Position numbers and translations under genes: made by a program. A stretch of 24,000 nt of DNA, from assembly GCF_030605225.1 (NCBI RefSeq), contig NZ_JAUWAV010000002.1, positions 47,365 to 71,364 on the forward strand, given 5' to 3'. Source of the stretch: Geoalkalibacter sp. (GTDB taxonomy: Bacteria; Desulfobacterota; Desulfuromonadia; Desulfuromonadales; Geoalkalibacteraceae). The notes beneath the pieces were generated by a model that was not told where the DNA came from, searched no databases, and worked only from the letters and a program-made list of their open reading frames with translations. Below, piece after piece: positions 1 through 7,648 of the stretch; the first letter of the stretch is position 1; each line of letters begins with the position of its first letter.

Positions 1-692
1 AGGCCTTTCAGGGTGAGGGCGAGTGGCAAGGGCGGCCCCAGGCCAAGCTGCGCTCCATGTTCGCTCTGCATCCCGAGGCGGTGACGATTCTCGCGGCGGT
101 GGACTCCAACATCGAGCGCGTCGCCGATCTGGCGGGCAAGGTGGTCAATATCGGCGCCCCCGGCACCGGCCAGCGGGTCAACGCCCTGGATCTGTTCGCC
201 GCGGCCGGCATCGATCCCAACGCCGATCTGCGCGCCGAGGGTATTCGCCCCGCCGAGTCGGCGAGCATGCTGCAGGACGGCCGCATCGACGCTTTCTTCT
301 ATACCGTGGGCCATCCCAACGGCTCGGTCAAGGAAGCGGTGGCGGGAACGCGCAAGGTGCGTTTCGTGCCGGTGGACGCCGAGCTGATCGACAAGCTGGT
401 GAGCCGGCAGCCCTATTACGCCCCGGCGCTCATCCCCGTGGCGCCCTATCCCGGCGTGGCCAACAGCGAACCGGTGCCGACCTTCGGCGTCAAGGCCACC
501 ATCTGCACCTCCGCCGACGTGCCTGAGGATGTGGTCTATACCATCACCCGCGAGGTGTTTGAGAATCTGGACACCCTGCGCACCCTGCACCCGGCCCTGG
601 AAGTCCTGACCGCGCAAAACATGCTGGAAGGGCTGGCCGCGCCCCTGCATCCGGGCGCGGAGAGATATTTCCGCGAGAAGGGCCTGCTGTAG
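1..692 (+). CDS. TAXI-family TRAP transporter solute-binding receptor, C-terminal part (5' end lies upstream of the window)
   Basis: Frame 3 is open from nt 3 with no start needed. The translation ...KLRSMFALHPEAVTILAAVDSNIERVADLAGKVVNIGAPGTGQR...GRIDAFFYTVGHPNGSVKEA...HPGAERYFREKGLL fits the TAXI receptor pattern. The stop is at 690-692 and a fused TRAP permease follows directly. Confidence 0.85.
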   Translation, partial: AFQGEGEWQGRPQAKLRSMFALHPEAVTILAAVDSNIERVADLAGKVVNIGAPGTGQRVNALDLFAAAGIDPNADLRAEGIRPAESASMLQDGRIDAFFYTVGHPNGSVKEAVAGTRKVRFVPVDAELIDKLVSRQPYYAPALIPVAPYPGVANSEPVPTFGVKATICTSADVPEDVVYTITREVFENLDTLRTLHPALEVLTAQNMLEGLAAPLHPGAERYFREKGLL

Positions 693-766
693 TCGCCTTG
701 CCGCGCGCGGGAGGGAGACATCCGGATCACCTTCCCGCGCGGTCCCAGGCACTGAGGGGGTATTTC

Positions 767-2833
767 ATGGCGAAGGATCTGCCGGCAAACCACGAGGGTT
801 TCGATACCGCGCAGCGCCTCAAGGAGGAGGAAGAACTCGGCCTGCGCCGCCCCCAGGGCTGGCAGCTCTGGCTGGTGCCGAGCATCGCCCTCTGTTGGTC
901 GCTGTTCCAGCTGTCCCTGGCCAGTTGGCTGCTGCTCGACACCACCTACGTGCGCGCCATCCATCTGGCCTTTGCCCTGCTCATCGTGTTTCTCTCCTAT
1001 CCGACCCTGCGCCGCGACGTGCGCCTGCCCGGGCTGCGCTGGCTGGGGGAGAAGCACAAGATCCCGCTGATGGACATGCTGCTCGCGCTGCTCGCGACCC
1101 TGGCCGCGCTCTACATCGTCATTGATTACGCGGGCATCGCGGGGCGGGTGGGGCGCCCCAGCCAACTGGATCTGGTGGTGGGCATCTTTCTCGTGGTGGT
1201 GCTGCTCGAAGCGGCGCGGCGCGTCATCGGCCCGGCCCTGCCGGTGATTGCCGCGGCCTTTACCGGCTATGCCTTCTTCGGGCCCTATATGCCCGATTTT
1301 CTGGCTTTCAAGGGCGTGAGTCTGGCGCGTTACGTCAGTCAGATCTCGCTGACGACCGAGGGCATTTACGGCATCCCCCTGGGGGTGTCGGCGCGCATCG
1401 TGTTTCTCTTCGTGCTGTTCGGCGCGCTGCTCGACAAGGCCGGCGCCGGAAAGTTCTTCATCGATCTGGCCATGAGTCTGCTCGGGCGCTACAGGGGCGG
1501 CCCGGCAAAGGCGGCGGTGCTGGCGAGCGGGCTGACGGGCATGGTGTCGGGCTCCTCCATCGCCAACGTGGTGACCACCGGCACCTTCACCATCCCCCTC
1601 ATGAAAAAAGTCGGCTATCCGGCCAAGAAGGCCGCGGCCATCGAGGTGGCGGTGTCCACCAACGGCCAGCTTATGCCGCCCATCATGGGCGCGGCGGCCT
1701 TCATCATCGCCGAATACGTCAACGTCTCCTATCTGGAGGTGGTCAAGGCGGCGGCCATCCCCGCCTTCGCCAGCTATTTCGCCCTGTTCTTCCTGACCCA
1801 CCTGGAAGCCTCGAAACTCGGCATGCGCGGCCTGACCAAGGCGGAGCTGCCCCAGTTCTTCGCCATCCTGCGCGGCGGCTTTCATTTTGTCGTGCCGATT
1901 CTGGTGCTGCTCTATGAGCTGATCATTCCGCGCCACTCGCCGGATCTGGCTGCCTACCGCGCCATTCTGGTGCTGGCGGCGATCATGCTGGTGCAGCATG
2001 CCGTCAAGGCCCTGATGTTCGGCGGCAATGCGCTCCAGGGGGTCAAGCAGGGTGTGTTCGATATTCTCAACGGGCTGATTTCCGGGGGGCGCAACATGGT
2101 GGCGGTGGCGGTGGCCACGGCGGCCGCGGGCATCATCGTCGGCGTGGTGACCCTGGGGCTGGGCGGTCTGATCACCAACATCATCGACACCCTGAGTCGC
2201 GGCAACATTTTCCTGATGTTGCTGATTACCGCCATGGCCAGTCTGATTCTCGGCATGGGCCTGCCGACCACCGCCAATTACATCGTCATGGCCTCGCTCA
2301 CCGCGCCTGCGCTGGTGACCATCGCCGGATGGCAGGGGTTTGAGGTTCCGCTCATCGCCGCGCACCTCTTCGTGTTCTACTTCGGAATTCTCGCCGACGA
2401 CACGCCGCCCGTGGGTCTGGCGGCCTACGCCGCGAGCGCAATCGCTCGTTCCGATCCCATCGCCACGGGCTTGCAGGCCTTCATGTATGACATCCGCACG
2501 GCGGTGCTGCCCTTCATGTTCATCTTCAACACCGATATGCTGCTGGTGGGGGTCGAGGGCTACCTGCTGCCCCTCTACATCTTCGCCATGACCTGTGTTG
2601 GCGCCTTCGCCTTTGTCTCGGCGACCCAGGCCTGGTTTCTAATGCGTACCCGCTGGTATGAGCTGCTGCTGCTGCTTGGCGTGGCGCTGATCATGTTCCG
2701 CCCGGGTTTCTTCGCCCATTTCGTCGGCATCGACAACCACTATCTGAGCTATCTGGTCGGTCTGGCCCTGTATCTGGTGGTGTTCGCCTTGCAGAGGCTG
2801 CGCGCGGGAAAACCCGGCGCCGCAGCCGCCTGA
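767..2833 (+). CDS. TRAP transporter fused permease (4TM/12TM DctQ-DctM type, TAXI-associated)
   Basis: About 688 aa and highly hydrophobic, with many TM segments (e.g. GSSIANVVTTGTFTIPLMKK, ANYIVMASLTAPAL, FYFGILADDTPPVGLAAYAA). It lies adjacent to the TAXI receptor. I chose ATG 767 over the track's TTG 698 because GAGGGGG sits at 754-760, 6 nt upstream of 767. Confidence 0.85.
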   Translation: MAKDLPANHEGFDTAQRLKEEEELGLRRPQGWQLWLVPSIALCWSLFQLSLASWLLLDTTYVRAIHLAFALLIVFLSYPTLRRDVRLPGLRWLGEKHKIPLMDMLLALLATLAALYIVIDYAGIAGRVGRPSQLDLVVGIFLVVVLLEAARRVIGPALPVIAAAFTGYAFFGPYMPDFLAFKGVSLARYVSQISLTTEGIYGIPLGVSARIVFLFVLFGALLDKAGAGKFFIDLAMSLLGRYRGGPAKAAVLASGLTGMVSGSSIANVVTTGTFTIPLMKKVGYPAKKAAAIEVAVSTNGQLMPPIMGAAAFIIAEYVNVSYLEVVKAAAIPAFASYFALFFLTHLEASKLGMRGLTKAELPQFFAILRGGFHFVVPILVLLYELIIPRHSPDLAAYRAILVLAAIMLVQHAVKALMFGGNALQGVKQGVFDILNGLISGGRNMVAVAVATAAAGIIVGVVTLGLGGLITNIIDTLSRGNIFLMLLITAMASLILGMGLPTTANYIVMASLTAPALVTIAGWQGFEVPLIAAHLFVFYFGILADDTPPVGLAAYAASAIARSDPIATGLQAFMYDIRTAVLPFMFIFNTDMLLVGVEGYLLPLYIFAMTCVGAFAFVSATQAWFLMRTRWYELLLLLGVALIMFRPGFFAHFVGIDNHYLSYLVGLALYLVVFALQRLRAGKPGAAAA

Positions 2834-2850
2834 GCCCGAGGAGACCCTAC

Positions 2851-3336
2851 ATGCTGCCTGTCTATCGCACGATCCTCTATGCCACGGATCTTTCCGCAAA
2901 CGCCGCCCACGCCTTTCGCCACGCCATGGCCCTGGCGCGCAGCTTCGACGCGCGCCTGTGTCTTTTGCACGTGCTGCCCGAGGTGGAACCGGCGGTGCTC
3001 AATTATGTGGCGACGGTGATGGGCGAGGAGCGGCTGGCGGACATGGAACTCGGGCACAAGGCCGAGGTGCGCGAGGAAATCGCGCGGCGCATCGAGGCCT
3101 TCGCCCACGAGGAGCTGGCGGATCATCCCGAGGATCGGGCGCGCCTGGCCGAGATCCGCGTGCGTCACGGCAATCCCGCGGCGCGCATCCTCGGCGAAGC
3201 CGACGATCTGGGCGCCGATCTCATCGTGCTCGGCAGCCACGGCAAGGGGCGGCTGCATTACACCTTCCTCGGCAGCGTCGCGGAAAAAGTCTTGCATCGC
3301 GCCAAGCGGCCGGTGCTGGTGGTGCCGCTGGGATAG
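2851..3336 (+). CDS. Universal stress protein (UspA family)
   Basis: 161 aa. It starts with YRTILYATDLS and ends with the Usp ATP-binding signature DLIVLGSHGKGRLHYTFLGSVAEKVLHRAKRPVLVVP. A GAGGAG-like RBS (gaggagaccc) lies upstream of the ATG. Confidence 0.85.
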   Translation: MLPVYRTILYATDLSANAAHAFRHAMALARSFDARLCLLHVLPEVEPAVLNYVATVMGEERLADMELGHKAEVREEIARRIEAFAHEELADHPEDRARLAEIRVRHGNPAARILGEADDLGADLIVLGSHGKGRLHYTFLGSVAEKVLHRAKRPVLVVPLG

Positions 3337-3347
3337 GACGGTGGCGA

Positions 3348-5054
3348 TTAGTCGAGCGGCCGGGTTGCGGGTAGCTTGAAGCGCTCCATGAGTTCGCGCA
3401 ACAGCCGGGATTGCCCGGCGAGCTGTTCCGCGGCGGCCGCGCTTTGCTCGGCGTTGGCCGTGTTGCCTTGCGTGACCTGGTCGATCTGCCCCAGCCCGAG
3501 ATTGACCTGGCCGATGCCCTCGGCTTGCTCGCCGGTCGCGGAGGCGATTTCGGCGACCAGGTGGGTGACGCTTTCAATGCCGCCGACAATGGCGGCGAAG
3601 GATTCCTGGGTCTCGCGGGCGATGTCGGCGCCCGCCTCGGCCTTGCCTACCGCGTCGGCGATGAGCTGCGAAGTTTCCTGGGCGGCCTTGGTGCAGCGGC
3701 CGGCCAGGGTGCGGACTTCTTCCGCGACCACCGCGAAGCCGCGGCCGTGCTGCCCGGCGCGCGCCGCCTCCACGGCGGCGTTGAGGGCCAGCAGGTTGGT
3801 CTGGAAGGCGATTTCATCGATGGTCTTGATGATTTTTTCAATGTTGTGCCCGGCCTGATTGATGTTGGCCATGGCCTGGGTCATCTCGCCCATGCGCCTT
3901 TGTCCCTGCCCCGCCGCATCCTGCACTCCGCGAATCAGGCCGCTGGCCCCCGCTGCATGGTCCGCCCCCTGGCGGGTCTGGTTGCCGATTTCCTGCATGG
4001 ACGCGGAAATTTCCTGCAGTGACGCCGCCTGGTCGGTGGCGCCCTTGGAGAGGCTTTGGCTCGAAGCGGCGACCTGGTTGGCTCCGGTGGCGATCTGGTC
4101 GGCGGTTTGATGGATTTGCGCGATGATCCCCTGCAGGTCGCCGGAGAGTTTTTTCAGGGCGCCGCGCACCAGGTCGTCGGGGCCGCGTGGGCGCACCGCG
4201 CATGAGAGATCCCCCTCGGCCAGCCGGGTCAGGGTCTGGACCACCTCGGTTTGCAAGCTCTCCGCCAGTTCGTCCATGGCCCGCGCCGTGTCGCCGATTT
4301 CGTCCTGCCGGCTCATGTCCAGACGATTGACCAGACGGCCTGCGGCAAGATCCCGCATCATTGCGCGCAGGCGCAGCACCGGGGTGCGCACCAAGCGGCC
4401 CAGCAGCAGGTGAATGCAGATCAGCGCCGCCAGCAGGCCGCCCGCTCCGGTGGCGATGCCGGTTTGCATGCTGCTGCTGCGGGCCTGGTCGGCGGTTGCC
4501 GCCATGAGCCCGGCGGCCTCCTGGACATCCTTCATGCTGTAGCGCAGATAAAGCACGCCCGATAGGTCGTTGAGCTTGGCATTGACATGGCAGCGCAGGC
4601 AGTCGGCGCTCAGGTAATGGCCGCGCGCCAGAAACAGGGCATCGTCCTGTTCTCTCTGCCATAGCTCATGACCCGCGGCGACGCTGGCGCGGAAATCCTC
4701 TTCATCGAGTTGCTGGCGCAACCGCTCGCCGCGATTGGAGTAAACAATCCGGCCCTGGGGATCGGTCAGCCCGATTTCCTCGACCCCCGCGATCTTGCCC
4801 AGGTCTTGGAGCAGTTCGCGAAAGATGTCCATTTCCCCGCGCTCCAGGGAGCCGGCCGCCCCGGTCTCGAAGCTGTCAAAGACGTTGCGGGCGCGGTCGC
4901 GGCCGGCCTTGTCCAGGGCCGCAAGAGCCTGGTTGGAGAGGTCGCGCAGCAGACTCTGCATCTGGGTGGTGGCGAGGACCAGGCTGGCGCCGAAGGCGGT
5001 CAGCAAGACCAGGCCCAGCAGGCCGCCGATCTTCCATTGGATATTCAAGCGCAT
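3348..5054 (-). CDS. Methyl-accepting chemotaxis protein with periplasmic CxxCH (haem-c type) sensor domain
   Basis: 568 aa. Layout: TM1 (about res 8-30), a roughly 165-aa periplasmic loop containing CLRCH (res 152-156), TM2 (about res 200-218), a HAMP-like segment, then the canonical MCP signalling hairpin [44 protein letters not shown] lies 8 nt upstream of ATG 5054. The hydrogenase small-subunit stop is only 28 nt upstream. Confidence 0.9.
   Translation of the reverse strand: MRLNIQWKIGGLLGLVLLTAFGASLVLATTQMQSLLRDLSNQALAALDKAGRDRARNVFDSFETGAAGSLERGEMDIFRELLQDLGKIAGVEEIGLTDPQGRIVYSNRGERLRQQLDEEDFRASVAAGHELWQREQDDALFLARGHYLSADCLRCHVNAKLNDLSGVLYLRYSMKDVQEAAGLMAATADQARSSSMQTGIATGAGGLLAALICIHLLLGRLVRTPVLRLRAMMRDLAAGRLVNRLDMSRQDEIGDTARAMDELAESLQTEVVQTLTRLAEGDLSCAVRPRGPDDLVRGALKKLSGDLQGIIAQIHQTADQIATGANQVAASSQSLSKGATDQAASLQEISASMQEIGNQTRQGADHAAGASGLIRGVQDAAGQGQRRMGEMTQAMANINQAGHNIEKIIKTIDEIAFQTNLLALNAAVEAARAGQHGRGFAVVAEEVRTLAGRCTKAAQETSQLIADAVGKAEAGADIARETQESFAAIVGGIESVTHLVAEIASATGEQAEGIGQVNLGLGQIDQVTQGNTANAEQSAAAAEQLAGQSRLLRELMERFKLPATRPLD
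4587..4601 (-). other. CxxCH haem-c attachment motif (C152-L-R-C-H156) in the MCP periplasmic domain
   Basis: The reverse complement of 4587-4601 is TGC CTG CGC TGC CAT. It lies between the two predicted TM helices, so on the periplasmic side where cytochrome c maturation acts. Confidence 0.7.
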
Positions 5055-5082
5055 CGTTCAGGCTCCCGAAAGCGGTTTCGCG

Positions 5083-6003
5083 TCAATAGAGGTCGTTTTC
5101 GTTGAGGCGGAAGAAGGCGAACTGGGGATCCAGGGCAAACTCGGGACGCGCGCAGCCGATGCAGATGCTGCGCCCGCGAACGCACCAGTTGACTCCGCCG
5201 TTCCAGCCGCGCAAGGAGCAATCCGCCTGGGTCACCACGCCCTGGCAACCCATCTTGAACAGGCAACCTTCCTCGCCCAGGGCCTGGGCGAAGTGCTTTT
5301 TCTGATACTGGGCGAACAGCGGGCATTGCTCATGCAGCAAATGGCCGTAAAAACGCGTGGGACGCTGCTGGTCGTCGAGGTCGGGGAGGCCGCTTTTGAG
5401 CACCTGCATCAGGGTGCCGACCAGCCAGGCGGGATGGGTGGGGCAGCCGGGCAGGTTGATCAGGGGCCGCGCGAGTCCCGCCTGCTTCAGGGCGGCGCCG
5501 ACCCCGGCGGCGCCGGTCAGGTTGGGTGGCGCGGCGGGGACGCCGCCGAAGGCCGCGCAGGTGCCGGTGCAGACCACCGCCTGGGCCGCACGCGCGGCGC
5601 GCAGCAGTTGCTCGCTGAAATTTTCATCGGCGAACTTGCAGGCCTCCTTGATGCCGAGGGGGACCGCCCCTTCCACCACCAGGATGTAGCCGCCCTTGGC
5701 GATGGCGGTCTCGACCGCGTCCTTGGCGGCCGCTCCGGTGGCCGCCGAGAGGGTCTGGTGGAAGTAGAGCGACAGGTAGCGGGTGATGAGATCCGCGGGC
5801 CCCGGACTCTCGGAATTGAGCAGGCTGACGGAGCAGCCGGAGCAGGAAAGTCCTTGCAACCACAGAATGGGGGCGCGGCCGCCGGCCATGTCCTCGAGGG
5901 CGTCGGCCATGCGCGGCAGCAGACTGGGCTCCAACCCCAGGGAGGCCAGCAGCAGGCCGGCATCCTTGAGAAAGGTTCGACGGGTGAGTTTCATCGTGGA
6001 CAT
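5083..6003 (-). CDS. [NiFe] hydrogenase small subunit with twin-arginine (Tat) signal motif; no C-terminal membrane anchor
   Basis: 306 aa. The N-terminus reads MKLTRRTFLKDAGLLLASLGL. Proximal-cluster Cys motifs are LSCSGCS, GTCAAFGG and PGCP. Distal/medial ligands are HEQC...C-x5-C-x8-C...C-x6-CIGC. The true start may be ATG 5994 (MKLTRR...), which has AAGGA 7 nt upstream. Confidence 0.9.
   Translation of the reverse strand: MSTMKLTRRTFLKDAGLLLASLGLEPSLLPRMADALEDMAGGRAPILWLQGLSCSGCSVSLLNSESPGPADLITRYLSLYFHQTLSAATGAAAKDAVETAIAKGGYILVVEGAVPLGIKEACKFADENFSEQLLRAARAAQAVVCTGTCAAFGGVPAAPPNLTGAAGVGAALKQAGLARPLINLPGCPTHPAWLVGTLMQVLKSGLPDLDDQQRPTRFYGHLLHEQCPLFAQYQKKHFAQALGEEGCLFKMGCQGVVTQADCSLRGWNGGVNWCVRGRSICIGCARPEFALDPQFAFFRLNENDLY
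5965..5982 (-). other. Twin-arginine motif RRTFLK of the small subunit
   Basis: The reverse complement of 5965-5982 is CGT CGA ACC TTT CTC AAG (R R T F L K). A hydrophobic stretch AGLLLASLGL follows. Confidence 0.7.
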
Positions 6004-6021
6004 CCTTGTCGGTGCGGGTTG

Positions 6022-7530
6022 CTAGTGGACAGCACAGGCGATGCAGGGATCGAAGGAACGAACCACGCGCGCCACCTCAAGGCCCTTGAAGTCGGGATTG
6101 ATCGGTGTTCCCAGGAGCGCCGCCTCGACGGGTCCCGGATCCTGGCCCTGGCCGCGCGGTGAGAAGTTCCAGGTGCTGGGGACCACGCACTGGTAGCTGC
6201 CGATGCGCCCCGCGGCCAGGGTGATCCAATGGCCGAGGGCGCCGCGGGGAGCCTCGACCAGCCCTACTCCGGTGCCGGTCATGCGGTTTTGGTGAGGGGC
6301 GATGGCCGGAGCGGCCGGATCGACCTGGTCCAGCCAGTGCTCCATGCGCTCGGCGATGAGTTGTGCCTCCAAGGCCCGGGCCGCGTGACGACCCAGGGTG
6401 CTGGGTAGTTGGTGCTCGGCCAGGCCGGCTTCGCGAAGAAAGGCCGCCAGGGCCTGGGCGATGGGGCGGTGACCCGCGGCCGCCGCGACCTTCAGGCGCG
6501 CCAGGGGGCCGACCTCGTAGCTCAGGCCGTCGTAGCGTGGCGCCTTAAGCCAGGAATAGGCACCCGGCTTGTCCGGCTGGGGTACCGGCGCGGCGGCGCC
6601 TTGCGGCGGCTCCTGGCTATTGCCGCGATAAAAGCTGGCATGGGTTTCCTCGCGGATGAGGGAGAGATCCAGAGGCGCGTAGCCGTCTTGCTTGACCACG
6701 CCCGCGGGCATCCAGACCGCGTCGGCCTCGTCGAAGGCGCCGTAGGACAGATAGCGCTCCACGCCGCGCCCCGTTTCGGCGTAGGCGGGGAACAGGCGCG
6801 CCACGCGCAGGAGGTCGGGGATGTAGCAGTTTTCGATGAAGCGCTTGACGCGGCGCAGGCGGGTGCGGAAATCCTCGAGCACCGCTGCCTCGGGGAGCAG
6901 GGTCAGGCCGCCGGGCACCAGGGTCGCGGTGTGCGGAATCTTGCCCCCGAGCAGCGCCGCCATGCGGTGCGCTTCCTGGCGAATGTCCAGGGCTTCCACG
7001 TAATGGCCGAGGGCGCCGAGGTTCCACTCCGGGTTGCCGGGGTAATCCCCGGGAAGTTTGGGCAGAAACGGCGCGACGGGAAGAACGCGATTACTGTTGA
7101 GTTCTCCTCGTGCCCAATGGCGCAGATCGAGCAGCACCGGATCGCGGCCCGAGTAGTCCAGCAGCGCCTCGACCTGGACGAAATCCAGGGCCGACAGGTG
7201 ATAGAAATGCAGAATATGGCTCTGCAGGTAGTTGGCGGATAGCACCAGGGTGCGCAGCAGGCGTCCGTTGGCCGGAACCCGGAGGTCGTTGGCCGCCTCG
7301 ATGGCCTTGCAGGAGGCGATGGCATGGCTGACGGGGCACACTCCGCAGATGCGTTGGGTGATGACCGGGGCATCGAGGGGGTCGCGCCCCTTGAGCAGGG
7401 CTTCGAAGCCGCGAAACATCTCGCCCTTGCTCCAGGCTTCGATCACTTGGCCATTGTCCACGCGGGTGTCGATGCGCAGGTGACCTTCGATACGGGTGAC
7501 GGGATCGAGGATGATTTTCTGGGTCACCAT
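6022..7530 (-). CDS. [NiFe] hydrogenase large subunit (502 aa), ending at the C-terminal DPCxxCxxH motif
   Basis: Starts MVTQKIILDPVTRIEGHLRID. The N-terminal Ni-site motif is RICGVCPVSH, HFYHLSALDFV is present, and the C-terminus is SFDPCIACAVH followed directly by TAG (6022-6024). I chose ATG 7530 rather than the track's 7665 because AAGGAGAGA lies directly upstream and the homology begins there. Confidence 0.9.
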   Translation of the reverse strand: MVTQKIILDPVTRIEGHLRIDTRVDNGQVIEAWSKGEMFRGFEALLKGRDPLDAPVITQRICGVCPVSHAIASCKAIEAANDLRVPANGRLLRTLVLSANYLQSHILHFYHLSALDFVQVEALLDYSGRDPVLLDLRHWARGELNSNRVLPVAPFLPKLPGDYPGNPEWNLGALGHYVEALDIRQEAHRMAALLGGKIPHTATLVPGGLTLLPEAAVLEDFRTRLRRVKRFIENCYIPDLLRVARLFPAYAETGRGVERYLSYGAFDEADAVWMPAGVVKQDGYAPLDLSLIREETHASFYRGNSQEPPQGAAAPVPQPDKPGAYSWLKAPRYDGLSYEVGPLARLKVAAAAGHRPIAQALAAFLREAGLAEHQLPSTLGRHAARALEAQLIAERMEHWLDQVDPAAPAIAPHQNRMTGTGVGLVEAPRGALGHWITLAAGRIGSYQCVVPSTWNFSPRGQGQDPGPVEAALLGTPINPDFKGLEVARVVRSFDPCIACAVH

Positions 7531-7648
7531 TCTCTCCTTGGGTTGTTGGGGGGCGGCGGAGTCAGGGCAGGCGCGCACCTTGATGTCTACTCTTTGTGCA
7601 ATGCTTTTTGCCGATCTTGTAAAATCGCGCATACCGGCTGGAGTGTAG

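Noticed and set aside
698-766. Upstream TTG start (698) for the TRAP permease, as listed in the ORF track
   Set aside because: It starts only 6 nt after the receptor stop (690-692), with no RBS. The added 23 residues are Arg/Pro-rich and unlike a permease N-terminus. ATG 767 has a GAGGGGG Shine-Dalgarno.
536-2365. 609-aa minus-strand ORF
   Set aside because: It is antisense to the TRAP permease. The translation is low-complexity and rich in R/G/H/D/Q, with no recognisable motifs, whereas the plus-strand frame gives a coherent polytopic membrane protein. This is a typical stop-poor antisense frame of high-GC DNA.
6022-6051. Possibility of a [NiFeSe] (selenocysteine) hydrogenase
   Set aside because: The Sec-equivalent position of the C-terminal motif (the first Cys of DPCIACAVH, i.e. 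DP-U-xxC-xxH) is encoded by TGC, not in-frame TGA. The ORF has no internal TGA.
4795-6162. 455-aa plus-strand ORF across the MCP start and the hydrogenase small subunit
   Set aside because: It is antisense to two genes with clear family motifs. The translation is Ala/Gly/Arg-rich with no motifs and no RBS.
7597-7613. Second sigma-54-like element on the minus strand (CGGCAAAAAGCATTGCA)
   Set aside because: The GG-to-GC spacing is 11 nt instead of the required 10, and the -24 element lacks the leading T. The element at 7649-7664 is the better candidate.
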